This document shows, one piece after another, positions 1 through 9,624 of a stretch of DNA of 64,000 nucleotides (positions are counted from its first letter, which is position 1; each line of letters begins with the position of its first letter). The stretch is from Treponemataceae bacterium (GTDB lineage: Bacteria; Spirochaetota; Spirochaetia; Treponematales; Rectinemataceae). The stretch spans positions 480,001 to 544,000 of the forward strand of contig CAXXVZ010000005.1 in assembly GCA_963678065.2 (NCBI GenBank), written 5' to 3'. The translations under genes and the position numbers were made by a program. Under the pieces are notes generated by a model. That model was not told the DNA's origin, searched no databases, and worked only from the letters and a program-made list of their open reading frames with translations.

Positions 1-881
1 AAAACGACTGAGGCGAGGATCTGGGGCGTGTCCTTCCTCTGGATGGCGTCGACCATGATGGTTCCGATGCCCGGGTAGGAAAAGACGGTCTCCGTGAGCA
101 CCGCGCCGACGAGGAGCTGCCCCACCTGGAGGCCGATCACCGTCACCACCGGGATGAGGGCGTTCCGGAGGGCATGCTTCCTGATCACCGTCTTCTCGTC
201 CAGACCCTTGGCCCTGGCTGTCCTGATGTAGTCCTGCCTGATCACCTCCAGCATCGAGGAGCGTGTCATGCGGGTCTGCACCGCGGTGTTCATGGCGGCG
301 AGGGTTATGGAGGGCAGGACGATGGACAACAGATTTGCCGGCGTGGCGAGGGAAGGAAAGATGCGCAGCTGCACGGAAAACACCCAGATCAGCATCATGC
401 CCAGCCAGAAGGCGGGCACAGAGAGACCCACGAGGGCCAGGATGGTCACCGCCATGTCGGTCTTCGAGTACTGGCGCGTCGCCGAAATGATGCCCATGGG
501 TATCGAGACGGCGATGGAGAGGCTCAGGGCGACGAGGGCCAGGAGGGCGGTGTTGGGAAAGCGGTCGAGTATCGTCCCGAAAACCGGCCGGTTGGAGACG
601 TACGAACGGCCGAGATCGAGGGCCACCAGTCCCTTGTAGTCGAATGAGCCGTCGCCCGGGCTCTTGAAGCCGAAAAGGAAATGAAAATACTGGGCGAGGA
701 AAGGCTGGTCGATGCCCATGAGGTTCCTCATGTGGGCGACATCGAGCTCCGTGGCGTCCTGCGGCAGAAGCATCCGCGCGGGGTCTCCCGGCGAGATGTA
801 GGTGAGGGTGAATACGATGAAGGTCACTCCCAGAATGACGGGTATCAGTTGCAGGAGCCTTCGCGCTATGTACCGGGTCAT
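1..881 (-). CDS. Dipeptide/oligopeptide ABC transporter permease (DppB/OppB family), 3' end runs off the window
   Basis: Manual translation from ATG at 881: MTRYIARRLLQLIPVILGVTFIVF...PGDPA...RSSMLEVIRQDYIRTARAKGL...HALRNALIPVVTVIGLQ...ETVFSYPGIG. Absent from the ORF track because there is no stop in the window. Confidence 0.93.
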   Translation of the reverse strand, partial: MTRYIARRLLQLIPVILGVTFIVFTLTYISPGDPARMLLPQDATELDVAHMRNLMGIDQPFLAQYFHFLFGFKSPGDGSFDYKGLVALDLGRSYVSNRPVFGTILDRFPNTALLALVALSLSIAVSIPMGIISATRQYSKTDMAVTILALVGLSVPAFWLGMMLIWVFSVQLRIFPSLATPANLLSIVLPSITLAAMNTAVQTRMTRSSMLEVIRQDYIRTARAKGLDEKTVIRKHALRNALIPVVTVIGLQVGQLLVGAVLTETVFSYPGIGTIMVDAIQRKDTPQILASVV

Positions 882-899
882 GCGGCTTGCCTCGGGTTG

Positions 900-1003
900 G
901 ACGTCCATTGACGTCCGGCGTCTACTGACGCCATGCGTCGGGTGACGTCAGGCGCCTGGTGATTTCATGCGTCCGGGGACGCAAAGCGTCATACGTACGA
1001 CGC
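900..1003. repeat. Degenerate 17-bp-period tandem array of CGTC-N4-GACG palindromes
   Basis: CGTC half-sites start at 902, 919, 936, (953 degenerate), 970, 987; GACG follows after 4 nt in four of the units. Confidence 0.75.
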
Positions 1004-1010
1004 CGGGAAT

Positions 1011-1079
1011 CTCTTCCGGAAGACGGAGTGCGCCTTCCGGAAGAGCCTTGTTCATGCGGCGGGAAACCCGCCGCATGAA
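1011..1079 (-). terminator. Two strong hairpins downstream of the binding-protein gene (terminator or mRNA stabiliser)
   Basis: ttcatgcggcggg-aaa-cccgccgcatgaa (1051-1079) and ctcttccggaag-N11-cttccggaagag (1011-1045). Confidence 0.65.
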
Positions 1080-1082
1080 ACA

Positions 1083-2816
1083 TTACTTCTTGAGCCCCTT
1101 GGTCGCGTCGACCAGTCTGAAGGAGCCGGAGGGGAAGATCTCGACGCCGTCGATGTTCTTCTGGCAGGCGGAGATGCCCAACATGGCGACGAGGGGGACG
1201 CGGGGCATGGCCTTGAGGATTTCCCTGGAGGCATTCTGGTAGGCGGTGTTGCGCTCGGGGCCGTTGGGGAGGGCGTTGCCCTTCTCGATCCACTCCTGGG
1301 CACCCTTCGTGTAGTACTTGGTGTCGTGCAGAAGGGAGGTGTTGTCGCCGTCGAAGGCCACGAAGATATAGTAGGAATCGTCGGTCTGGGTCCAGTTGAC
1401 GAGGACGTCCCACACGGCGGGATCGGCCTTGCCGCGGCGGGTGGCCAGTTCGGAGAGGGCGACCTGCTCGATGTTGATGAGGTCGACACCGAGTGTGCGC
1501 TTGACCTGATCCTTCACGACGAGGGCTTCCTTGACATACATGCTGCCCGAGAGGGCCGTGCATTTGACGGAAGCGGCCTGCTTCATCGAGGCGGGAAGGG
1601 AGGCGAAGAGCTCCTTGGCCTTCTGGGGATTGTAGTAGCCGGTCTTGGAGTTGCCTTCCGCGATGCGGGTGCCGGCGGCATCCTCGATGTGGCCGAAGGG
1701 GAGACTCTCGACGTACTGGAGGCTGACGATGCCCTTCTTGTCCATGATGTCGGGCGAGTTGACGATGTCCGAGGGATTGATGGAGTAGACGATGGCCATC
1801 CTGAGCTTGGTCTGGTTGGAGGAGAGGTCGTACTCGCCGTCGAGGTCGGGCGTTCCATCGGCTTTTACCTGGCCGACGAGGGGAGACTTCATGTTGAAGC
1901 CCAGATAGTGGTAGCCGAAGTGGCCATTGGTTGTGAGGATGGTGCCGCCCTGCATCTCGATTTCCCGCGCGTCGAGAGGAACGACACCCATGATGAGGTC
2001 GACTTCCTTGTTGAGGAAGGCGGTCTTGAGGGCCGAGGGGTCCTTGATCGTCTTGAACTGAATCTTGTCAGCGTTGCTCTTCACGCCCGAGTCGAAGTAG
2101 TCCTTGTTTTTCACGAGGGTGACGTTGTCGCCCTGGCTCCAGGACTCGAACTTGAAGGGGCCCGTCCCTACCGCCCAGGTGATGCCGTAGTCCTTGAGGC
2201 TGCCGTCGGCGGCGGCTTTCTCGAGCGTCGACTTGCTGACGATCGAGGCGCCGAGCCAGGTGAGCTGGTTGAGCTGGGAGCCGAAGGCGGCGGGTTTGAA
2301 GTAGGGGGTTCTGGCTTCGAAGGACTTGAAGCTGTTCTCGGTCGTGCCCGCGGGCGCCTTCGAGGGATCGAAGCGGCCTGTCCGGAACTGGAGGGTGTAC
2401 TCGTCGATCTTCTTCATGTCGTACATCATGGCGAAGATGGACTTCATCTGGGATTTGTCGTGGAATGCCCCGCGCTGGAAGGAGTACAGGACATCGTCGA
2501 TGGTGAACTTCGCGCCGTTGTGGAAGCGCACGCCCTCGCGCACCTTGATGGTGTACTTGGTGCCGTTCTCTTCGATCTTCGGAAGGTCGACGGCGAGATT
2601 GGGAGTGATCCTTCCCTCCTTGGTGAGATCGTACAGGCGATCGTAGATCAGCAGATTGATGTTGTGCGTCGGAGTGTCGGAGTACATCGGTGGATCGAGG
2701 ATGACCGGATCGGTCCCCTGTCCCACGATGATCTTTACCTCAGCCGCGGTAGCGGAAAGGGTCGCGATCAGGCAGAGCGCGAGCGCGAGGGCGATGGACT
2801 TCGGAATTCTCTTCAT
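1083..2816 (-). CDS. ABC transporter peptide-binding protein (family 5, DppA-like)
   Basis: Signal peptide MKRIPKSIALALALCL...; LDP, IYDRL, YTIKVREGVRFHNG and VGTGPFKFESW motifs; AAGGAGG RBS 7 nt before ATG 2816. Confidence 0.9.
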   Translation of the reverse strand: MKRIPKSIALALALCLIATLSATAAEVKIIVGQGTDPVILDPPMYSDTPTHNINLLIYDRLYDLTKEGRITPNLAVDLPKIEENGTKYTIKVREGVRFHNGAKFTIDDVLYSFQRGAFHDKSQMKSIFAMMYDMKKIDEYTLQFRTGRFDPSKAPAGTTENSFKSFEARTPYFKPAAFGSQLNQLTWLGASIVSKSTLEKAAADGSLKDYGITWAVGTGPFKFESWSQGDNVTLVKNKDYFDSGVKSNADKIQFKTIKDPSALKTAFLNKEVDLIMGVVPLDAREIEMQGGTILTTNGHFGYHYLGFNMKSPLVGQVKADGTPDLDGEYDLSSNQTKLRMAIVYSINPSDIVNSPDIMDKKGIVSLQYVESLPFGHIEDAAGTRIAEGNSKTGYYNPQKAKELFASLPASMKQAASVKCTALSGSMYVKEALVVKDQVKRTLGVDLINIEQVALSELATRRGKADPAVWDVLVNWTQTDDSYYIFVAFDGDNTSLLHDTKYYTKGAQEWIEKGNALPNGPERNTAYQNASREILKAMPRVPLVAMLGISACQKNIDGVEIFPSGSFRLVDATKGLKK

Positions 2817-2987
2817 CGTCATTCCTCCTTGATTCATTGAGTCGCCGCCATTCTACGCCCACCTTGGGCGTTCTTATTTGAAGAAACGATTATGCGAGGC
2901 TTAATATTCGATTAAGACGCCCGTATTCGCTTCCGGAACGGCGGCGGCAGGAGTATACACGAGACTGACCGCGAAGCCGGAGGTTGT

Positions 2988-4409
2988 ATGGACAAAGAGG
3001 GAATTCATGGCGCCATAGAGGCGCGCAAAGAGCTTTTCGCGAAGCACGCTCTCTCTCTCTGGGAAGAGCCGGAGCTGTCGTTCGAGGAAAAAAAATCGTC
3101 TGCCCTGCAGAAGACCCTCTGCCGGGAACTGGGATTCCGGGTCACCGAACTCGACGCGGTCCAGAACTACGCCTTCGTGGCGGAATACGGCGAGGGGAAA
3201 CCTGTCATCGGCTTTCTCGGTGAATTCGACGCTCTGCCCGGCCTCTCCCAAAAGATCGGCATCGAGCGCGAACCCGCCGTGTCGGGCGGACCAGGCCACG
3301 GCTGTGGCCACAACCTCCTCGGGACCGCCTGCCTCGCGGCGGCAGACGGCGTCAGGGCGGCGCTGGAGGCGGGTTCCCTGAAAGGGACCGTCCGGTATTT
3401 CGGATGCCCCGCCGAAGAGCAGCTGGGCAAACCCGTGCTCGCCCGTGCCGGCGTTTTCGACGGCCTCGACGCCGTCCTCTCATGGCACCCGGCCGATCTC
3501 AACACGGTGGCGGCCTACGGGACGAATGCCTCGATACAGCTCGAGTTCCGCTTCAAGGGCAAGCCTGCCCACGCGGCCCAGGTGCCGCATATGGGGCGAT
3601 CGGCCCTGGATGCCCTCACACTGATGAACGTGGGCCTCGAGTTCCTGCGGGAACACATGCCCTCCTCGGCCCGCGTCCACTATGTCGTGACCTCGGGAGG
3701 AGACAGGCCCAACATCGTGCCGGAGCACGCGGCGGGCATCTATCAGGCCCGTTCGCCGCGCATGCGCGAGGCGGTGGATCTCGTCACCAGGATCGTCGAC
3801 GTGGCCAGAGGCGCCGCCCTGATGACGGGCACTACGATGGAATACCGCTTCCTGCACGGCTGCCACGACGTCGTCCCCAACGGGGTCATTTCCGACCTCC
3901 TTTCCGACAACCTGAAGTCGGCGCCCTTCCCGCGCTACGACGAGGCCGACCGGCGGCTCGCGGCGGGACTGTGCGCGACGACGACGGAAGACCAGCGCCG
4001 GGCCACCCTGGAGATGTTGGGAGTGGACTCGGCCTCGGCGGCGGGGCTCGCCCGGCTCTCCCTCCACGATGGTATCGGCTACTGGGGCAAGGGATGGACG
4101 ATCCCGGCTTCCACCGATGTGGGCGACGTCTCGCACATCGCGCCGACGGCCCAGATCAACACGGCGACCTGGCCGATGGGCGTCGGCTCCCACACCTGGC
4201 AGGCGACGGCGGCTTCGGGTTCGGGCATCGGCATGAAAGGGATGCTCTACGCCTCGCAGGTCCTCGCGGGGGCGGCCTTCGACCTGATGACGAATCCGGA
4301 GCTTCTCGCCTCGGCGCAGAGGGAATTCTCCGAAGTCCTCAAAGGAGAGCCGTATTCGGCCGCGGAAGACCTCATTGCGGGGAGGGCGGATCCCGGAAGC
4401 GGAGCGTGA
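2988..4409 (+). CDS. M20 family amidohydrolase (AbgB / p-aminobenzoyl-glutamate hydrolase subunit B-like)
   Basis: PELSFEE, GEFDALPGLSQ, GHGCGHNLLG, GCPAEE, WHP, STDVGDVS and HTWQ motifs; GGAGG RBS. Confidence 0.9.
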   Translation: MDKEGIHGAIEARKELFAKHALSLWEEPELSFEEKKSSALQKTLCRELGFRVTELDAVQNYAFVAEYGEGKPVIGFLGEFDALPGLSQKIGIEREPAVSGGPGHGCGHNLLGTACLAAADGVRAALEAGSLKGTVRYFGCPAEEQLGKPVLARAGVFDGLDAVLSWHPADLNTVAAYGTNASIQLEFRFKGKPAHAAQVPHMGRSALDALTLMNVGLEFLREHMPSSARVHYVVTSGGDRPNIVPEHAAGIYQARSPRMREAVDLVTRIVDVARGAALMTGTTMEYRFLHGCHDVVPNGVISDLLSDNLKSAPFPRYDEADRRLAAGLCATTTEDQRRATLEMLGVDSASAAGLARLSLHDGIGYWGKGWTIPASTDVGDVSHIAPTAQINTATWPMGVGSHTWQATAASGSGIGMKGMLYASQVLAGAAFDLMTNPELLASAQREFSEVLKGEPYSAAEDLIAGRADPGSGA

Positions 4410-5628
4410 AGGTGCTGCCCTCGCCAGGCTTGCTCTCCAGGGATATCCCGAAGCCGTATTCTTCGGAGAAGCGCTTCAGGATCGCGAGGCCGATCCCCGA
4501 TCCTGAGCCCCTGTGCGCGGCGGCGGGGGCCCGGTGATAGCGTTCGAAGATCGCCTCGGTTTCGGCTTCGGGTATGCCCATGCCGAAATCCCGGACGCTG
4601 AACTCTCCCGGCCGGAGGTCTATCTCGATCCGGCCTCCCTCGCGCCCGTACTTCACCGCGTTGTCGACGAGAATGTGCTCGATCCTCTCGAGGTCTTCCG
4701 GCGCGACCGGCAGGCTGATGTCGCGGCCGATATCGGCGATGAAGGCGATTTCAGGATGCAGCTCGCGGTAATAGACGGTGTTGCGCCGCGTGATGGTGGA
4801 CGCGTCCGCCCACTCGACCCGCCTGAGGCGTTCCGCGGCCAGAGCGTTCTTGAAGGAGACGGTCATGTCGCGCAGTCGCGCGAGCTGCACCTTGGAAGCT
4901 TCCAGGTATTCGTCGACGAGGCCGGGACTGGCTCCGTGGCGCTCGATGAGCTGACGGTAGCCCTCGAGAATCTGCACGGGCGTGGCGATGTCGTGGGTCA
5001 TGTCCTCGACGAACTGCACCTGCCTCTCGTAGGTCCCCGCGATGTCGTCCATCATGGTGTTGAAGGTGCCGATGAGCTGGCGGATCTCGTCCTTCCGCCC
5101 GGGCAGGGGTATGCGCACCCGAAGGTTGCGCGAGGTTATTTTCACCATGGCCTGGGCCAGGCGCGCTATGGGATCGGCGACGATGCCCACGAATATCCAG
5201 CCGAATATGGCGAAAAGAATGGCGTAGACAGCGGCTATGATCCTGATGGTCATGCGTATCGGTTCCATGTACTTGTCGAACTCGGCCCTGAAATTGATGA
5301 AGAGGGAAAAATCGTAGGAGCCGGAGCGCCGGTCTATCCGCCTGATTCCCGGGCCGGTCGGATCGAGGGTGGCCGTGCCGTACTGAAAAACGGGAAAGCC
5401 GCTCTTGCTTATGGAGAGGACCTCGTAGTCGAACTCGACGTAGGAATACAGGTCGACATCGGCGGAAGTGGCGCTGAAACCCCAGACGACAATGGAGAGT
5501 CGGTTGGCCGCCCTCTCCATGATCAGCTTTTCCAGGCTCCGCCCTGTCGCGTAGTTCGACACCAGGACGGTCGCCAGAGAAACGATGGCGAGAAGGATGA
5601 CCAGCAGCATGAGAAAATGCCGTTTCAT
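4372..5628 (-). CDS. Membrane sensor histidine kinase (HAMP-HisKA-HATPase)
   Basis: Two TM segments, HAMP (DEIRQLIGTFNTM), H-box THDIATP, DNAVKY, DFGMGI, GSGIGL; 3' end overlaps the convergent amidohydrolase by 38 nt. Confidence 0.92.
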   Translation of the reverse strand: MKRHFLMLLVILLAIVSLATVLVSNYATGRSLEKLIMERAANRLSIVVWGFSATSADVDLYSYVEFDYEVLSISKSGFPVFQYGTATLDPTGPGIRRIDRRSGSYDFSLFINFRAEFDKYMEPIRMTIRIIAAVYAILFAIFGWIFVGIVADPIARLAQAMVKITSRNLRVRIPLPGRKDEIRQLIGTFNTMMDDIAGTYERQVQFVEDMTHDIATPVQILEGYRQLIERHGASPGLVDEYLEASKVQLARLRDMTVSFKNALAAERLRRVEWADASTITRRNTVYYRELHPEIAFIADIGRDISLPVAPEDLERIEHILVDNAVKYGREGGRIEIDLRPGEFSVRDFGMGIPEAETEAIFERYHRAPAAAHRGSGSGIGLAILKRFSEEYGFGISLESKPGEGSTFTLRFRDPPSPQ

Positions 5629-5637
5629 GCTCCGGAC

Positions 5638-6315
5638 TCAGAGTGCTCGTTCTTCCCGGGGAATCATGTAGCCGACACCCCGCAGGTTCTCTATGGCGAC
5701 GCTGCCCAGCTTGTCCCGTATTCCCTTTATGTGGACGGCGATGGCCCCTTCCTCGAGATGGAAATCGCTCCCCCACACCGCGGAGAGGATGTTCTCCTTC
5801 GAGACCACCTTGCCCCGGTTCTGGACCAGAAGAAGAAAGATCTCATACTCCTTGTTGGTCAGCCGCACGCGGACTCCGTCCTCGTACACGGCCCTCTCGT
5901 CGGGATACAGGACCACGGGACCGAGAGAAATCCTGGGAAGCGCCTCTCCGGATATTTTGGATCGACGGGTCACCGCCTTGATTCTGGCCACGAGTTGTTC
6001 CATGTCGAAGGGCTTGGCGATGTAGTCGTCGGCCCCCTCGTCGAGGCATCGCACCTCGGCGGCGACACCCTGGCGCGCCGTGAGGAAGATGATCGGCATC
6101 GTGGAACCCGCGTTGCGCAGGGCCCGGCACACGGTGATTCCCTCGACGTCGGGGAGCATCCAGTCGAGGAGGATAATGTCGTAACCGCCCTCGAGGGCTG
6201 CGGCGAGGCCGGAGCGACCATCCGGGCGGATGTCGATCGACATGCCCTGGAGAAGGAGTTCGACCTCGATGATGCGGGCGAGATACCTGTCGTCTTCTAT
6301 AAGGAGCACCTTCAT
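5638..6315 (-). CDS. OmpR-family response regulator
   Basis: MKVLLIEDD...LLDWMLP...GADDYIAKPF...LTNKEYEI...RGVGY; start refined to ATG 6315. Confidence 0.93.
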   Translation of the reverse strand: MKVLLIEDDRYLARIIEVELLLQGMSIDIRPDGRSGLAAALEGGYDIILLDWMLPDVEGITVCRALRNAGSTMPIIFLTARQGVAAEVRCLDEGADDYIAKPFDMEQLVARIKAVTRRSKISGEALPRISLGPVVLYPDERAVYEDGVRVRLTNKEYEIFLLLVQNRGKVVSKENILSAVWGSDFHLEEGAIAVHIKGIRDKLGSVAIENLRGVGYMIPREERAL

Positions 6316-6401
6316 GGAATTCTCCCCCGCACGCGATCGGATCGACGCGCGGAGAGCCGGAAGCGGCGCCGCGCCGGACACAGTATAACAGGAGGCAGGC
6401 A

Positions 6402-7337
6402 ATGTTGAAACAAGTCATCGAAGTGTACGAAATCATCGACGATGCCCGGGTCGACGGAGAGGCCGTCCGCGCGTATCTGGAGGGCAAGGGGTTGTCCGGA
6501 ATCGAAGTGCGCCGGATCGAAGGCGCCAAGGGTTCCACGGATTTCATCAGAGTGCTGGTCCCGGGCAGATCGGGCGCGTCCTCGGGCGGCGCGGCCCCCA
6601 CCCTCGGAATCATCGGCAGGTTGGGCGGCATCGGAGCGAGGCCCGAGCGTATCGGCCTCGTCTCGGACGCCGACGGGGCCGTGGCCGCCATCGCATGCGC
6701 CGCGAAGCTCGCCGACATGGCCGCCCGGGGCGACCGGCTCGAAGGCGATGTCATCGTCGCCACCCACATCTGCCCCGACGCCCCCACGAGCCCCCACGAG
6801 CCCGTGCCCTTCATGGGCTCGCCCGTCGACATGAAGGCCATGAACGTGCACGAAGTGGACCCGGCCATGGACGCCATCCTCTCGGTCGATACGACGAAGG
6901 GAAACAGGATCATCAACCACAGAGGCTTCGCAGTCAGTCCGACCGTGAAGGGGGGCTACATCCTGAAGCCCTCCGACGACCTTCTGGACATCATGGAGTG
7001 GAGCACAGGGGAGCAACCCTGGATCCTTCCCCTCTCGACCCAGGACATCACCCCTTACGGCAACGGGCTCTTCCACGTCAACTCGATTCTCCAGCCCTGC
7101 ACGGCCACGGTGGCGCCCGTGGTCGGGGTCGCGATCACTGCGGTGCGGCCGGTGCCGGGCTGCGGCACGGGAGCGAGCCGCGAGACGGACATCGAGGAAG
7201 CTGCCCGTTTCTGTCTCGAGGTGGCCAAATCCTTCACGGGCGGGAGCTGCCATTTCTACGATGCCGAAGAGTTCGAGCTCCTGAAAAAGCTGTACGGTTC
7301 CATGGAGCACCTCATGGGCCCGGGGGCCGGGCAATGA
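6402..7337 (+). CDS. DUF1177 family protein
   Basis: GRLGGIGARP, VSDADGA, THICPDAPT.PH.PVPFM, SVDTTKGNR and HVNSILQP motifs typical of DUF1177; AGGAGG RBS. Confidence 0.85.
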   Translation: MLKQVIEVYEIIDDARVDGEAVRAYLEGKGLSGIEVRRIEGAKGSTDFIRVLVPGRSGASSGGAAPTLGIIGRLGGIGARPERIGLVSDADGAVAAIACAAKLADMAARGDRLEGDVIVATHICPDAPTSPHEPVPFMGSPVDMKAMNVHEVDPAMDAILSVDTTKGNRIINHRGFAVSPTVKGGYILKPSDDLLDIMEWSTGEQPWILPLSTQDITPYGNGLFHVNSILQPCTATVAPVVGVAITAVRPVPGCGTGASRETDIEEAARFCLEVAKSFTGGSCHFYDAEEFELLKKLYGSMEHLMGPGAGQ

Positions 7338-8077
7338 AGATCGGGGCTATAACGATAGGTCAGTCGCCCAGGACGGACGTTACGCCGGAGTTTCTCGCCG
7401 CTTTCGGCGCGGCCGCGGGGGTGGGCGTCGAGCTGGTGCAGCGCGGCGTCCTCGACGGACTCTGCGCACAGGAAATAGCCGATATGGCGCCGCGCCAGGG
7501 CGAGGGGGTCCTCGTCTCGAGACTGCGCGATGGCAGCGAAGTCCTCCTCTCCGAGGAGCGCGTCCACGAGCGCGTGAGAGAGTGCGTCCGCGATCTGGAG
7601 CGCGGCGGCGTCGAGCTCATCGCCATCTTCTGCACGGGCGAATTCCCCGACCAGGAATCCCGGCTGCCCCTCCTGCGCCCCGACCGCCTCCTGGCGCACT
7701 TCGTCTCGGCCATCGCGCCGGCCGACAGAGCGGCAGACAGAGCGGCAGACAGAGCGGTCGGCGGGTCAGCCGGAAAGGCAGCATACAGAATATGCGCCGT
7801 CGTTCCTTCCGCCCTTCAGGGCGACGCGATGCGGGAAAAATGGTCGCGACACGGCTTCGACGCGGAGATCGTCGCGCTTTCGCCCTACTCCTCGAGGCGG
7901 GAAGACTGGGAAAGGACGGCGCAAAAGGCTCAGGCGGCGGACTGCAATCTCGTGATTCTGGACTGCATCGGCTACTCGGGGGCCATCAGGGCGGTTTTCC
8001 GCAGGGTCTGCGGGAAGCCCGTCATCCTGCCCCGGACCCTGCTCGGAAGGGCAGCCGCGGAGCTCGCCGGCCAGTGA
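7334..8077 (+). CDS. aroM: AroM family protein
   Basis: MKIGAITIGQSPRTDV, LVSRLRDG, FCTGEF, SPY and LDCIGY motifs; ATGA overlap with the DUF1177 stop. Confidence 0.85.
   Translation: MKIGAITIGQSPRTDVTPEFLAAFGAAAGVGVELVQRGVLDGLCAQEIADMAPRQGEGVLVSRLRDGSEVLLSEERVHERVRECVRDLERGGVELIAIFCTGEFPDQESRLPLLRPDRLLAHFVSAIAPADRAADRAADRAVGGSAGKAAYRICAVVPSALQGDAMREKWSRHGFDAEIVALSPYSSRREDWERTAQKAQAADCNLVILDCIGYSGAIRAVFRRVCGKPVILPRTLLGRAAAELAGQ
7721..7756 (+). repeat. In-frame 12-bp tandem repeat x3 (ADRA) inside aroM
   Basis: gccgacagagcg gcagacagagcg gcagacagagcg. Confidence 0.9.
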
Positions 8078-8151
8078 GGGCAGCAGTGCCTGAAGTGCGG
8101 GATACCGACCGGCGACTGCTTCCGGACTTCTCGTAGCCCGACGGCTCGGGG

Positions 8152-8195
8152 AAAAAGGCGGAACGCGGGGGAACGCCTGTGTTCCGCCTTTTTTT
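8152..8195 (+). terminator. Rho-independent terminator, likely bidirectional
   Basis: aaaaaggcggaac...gttccgccttttttt stem followed by a T-tract. Confidence 0.8.
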
Positions 8196-8239
8196 GTGCT
8201 ATTGTTTTTTGGCATTCAGACTCATCACGGGGAAACGAC

Positions 8240-8833
8240 ATGAAAATCGCTGTCATCTACGCATCGAAAACCGGGTTCGCGAAAAAATACGCCGAGTGGA
8301 TAGCCGAAGAACTCAGATCCGGGAGCGATGGCGCCAAAACGTCGGGCACCGGGTTTTCCGGTCCTGGCAGCGTCGTCGACCTCATGGAGGCGAAATCGGT
8401 CCGCCCCGAAATGCTCGAAGCCTACGACACGATTGTCTTCGGAGGCGGCCTCTACGCCGTCGGCATCAACGGCATAAAGCTCATCAAAGACAACTTCAAA
8501 AGGCTCTCGGGCAAGAAACTCGCCGTCTTCGCGACCGGAGCCTCGCCGAAGCGCCCGGAAACCACGGATTTCGTCCGGGACAGCAATTTTACCGTCGAAG
8601 AGCAGGAACGCATCCGCTTCTTCTACCTTCGCGGCGGTTTCGACTACGCGAAACTGAAGCCGGTGGACAAGATCCTCATGACCCTTCTCAAGCTGAAGAT
8701 CAAAATGAAAAAAGAGAGAGAGCGCATCGGCGACGAGCGGGGCATGCTCGCCGCCTACGCGAAGCCCGCCGACTTCATGAGGCGCGAGAACATCGACGAG
8801 CTGGTCGCTTTTGTCGGGGAAGTGCGAAAATGA
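8240..8833 (+). CDS. Flavodoxin-domain protein (Flavodoxin_5 / HemG-like)
   Basis: IYASKTGFAKKYAEWIAEEL, YDTIVFGGGLYAVGI, FFYLRGGFDY. Confidence 0.85.
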   Translation: MKIAVIYASKTGFAKKYAEWIAEELRSGSDGAKTSGTGFSGPGSVVDLMEAKSVRPEMLEAYDTIVFGGGLYAVGINGIKLIKDNFKRLSGKKLAVFATGASPKRPETTDFVRDSNFTVEEQERIRFFYLRGGFDYAKLKPVDKILMTLLKLKIKMKKERERIGDERGMLAAYAKPADFMRRENIDELVAFVGEVRK

Positions 8834-8950
8834 GAATCGACAGTCTCGCGCCGCCCTGCCAGGCATAACCCCTCCTTGCGGATCATCGATCCCCAAAAGT
8901 CCGCGAGTGAGGGACCCCGTGAAGACGCTCCGTTCCGATTGCGCCGCCGC

Positions 8951-8978
8951 TTGATTTTCCCTCCGCTTTTTCTATACT
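8951..8978 (+). promoter_or_regulatory. Candidate sigma70 promoter
   Basis: TTGATT-N16-TATACT upstream of the 9052 gene. Confidence 0.45.
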
Positions 8979-9051
8979 GAAACCCGGCCGGTGCGGAGGG
9001 TCCGCCACAGACCGGCGCGACAAAGCCGCAATCGGTTCCGGGGAGGTTCGA

Positions 9052-9624
9052 ATGAAAAGCATCAGCAAAGCGACTGTAGCATTCATCGTTCTCGCGTGCA
9101 TCGCGGGGGCCTCGCAGATCGGCGCCCAGGTTCCGGCCCGAGACGCGCAGCTGGCGAGGCTGAAAACGCTTCTGCAGGACAAGGGTTTCGCCCTCGAAAT
9201 GGCCACCTGGCTCGACGCGGCCTACTATAAGGGACAAGGCCAGACTCCGCCTCCTTTCGTCAAACCGGAAGAAGAGACGGCGACAGCGCCAAAATCGGTC
9301 AAAGAAGAAAAAATCGCCATAAATCTCGCGGGATTCTATGCCGTCGAGGCCGGTATCGGGTTCATCTCCGAGCGTTCCGGGAAAACTCCCGTGGAAATAC
9401 TCCAGTCGATCGTGGATGGCAGCCTTCCCGAAGAAGACATGCTGCTCCTCGCGCGCTTCGCGAACGCGACCTGGAAGGCCAGCCAGCCATTCCGCTCGCT
9501 GTCTCGCATCACGCGCGACACATTCCGCCCCGCCACCCTTCTTACCAGGGAGGAACTCATGAAGGACTACGTGCAGGTCCGGGCCGCCTCTGAAAAACTT
9601 CTCGAGGCTATGAGCCGGCCCTAG
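9052..9624 (+). CDS. Hypothetical secreted protein
   Basis: GGAGG RBS, N-terminal signal peptide (MKSISKATVAFIVLACIAGA), natural-looking helical sequence; no family recognised. Confidence 0.75.
   Translation: MKSISKATVAFIVLACIAGASQIGAQVPARDAQLARLKTLLQDKGFALEMATWLDAAYYKGQGQTPPPFVKPEEETATAPKSVKEEKIAINLAGFYAVEAGIGFISERSGKTPVEILQSIVDGSLPEEDMLLLARFANATWKASQPFRSLSRITRDTFRPATLLTREELMKDYVQVRAASEKLLEAMSRP

Noticed and set aside
900..1003. Possible CRISPR array
   Set aside because: The period is only 17 bp, there are no spacer-length unique segments and no cas genes are in the window
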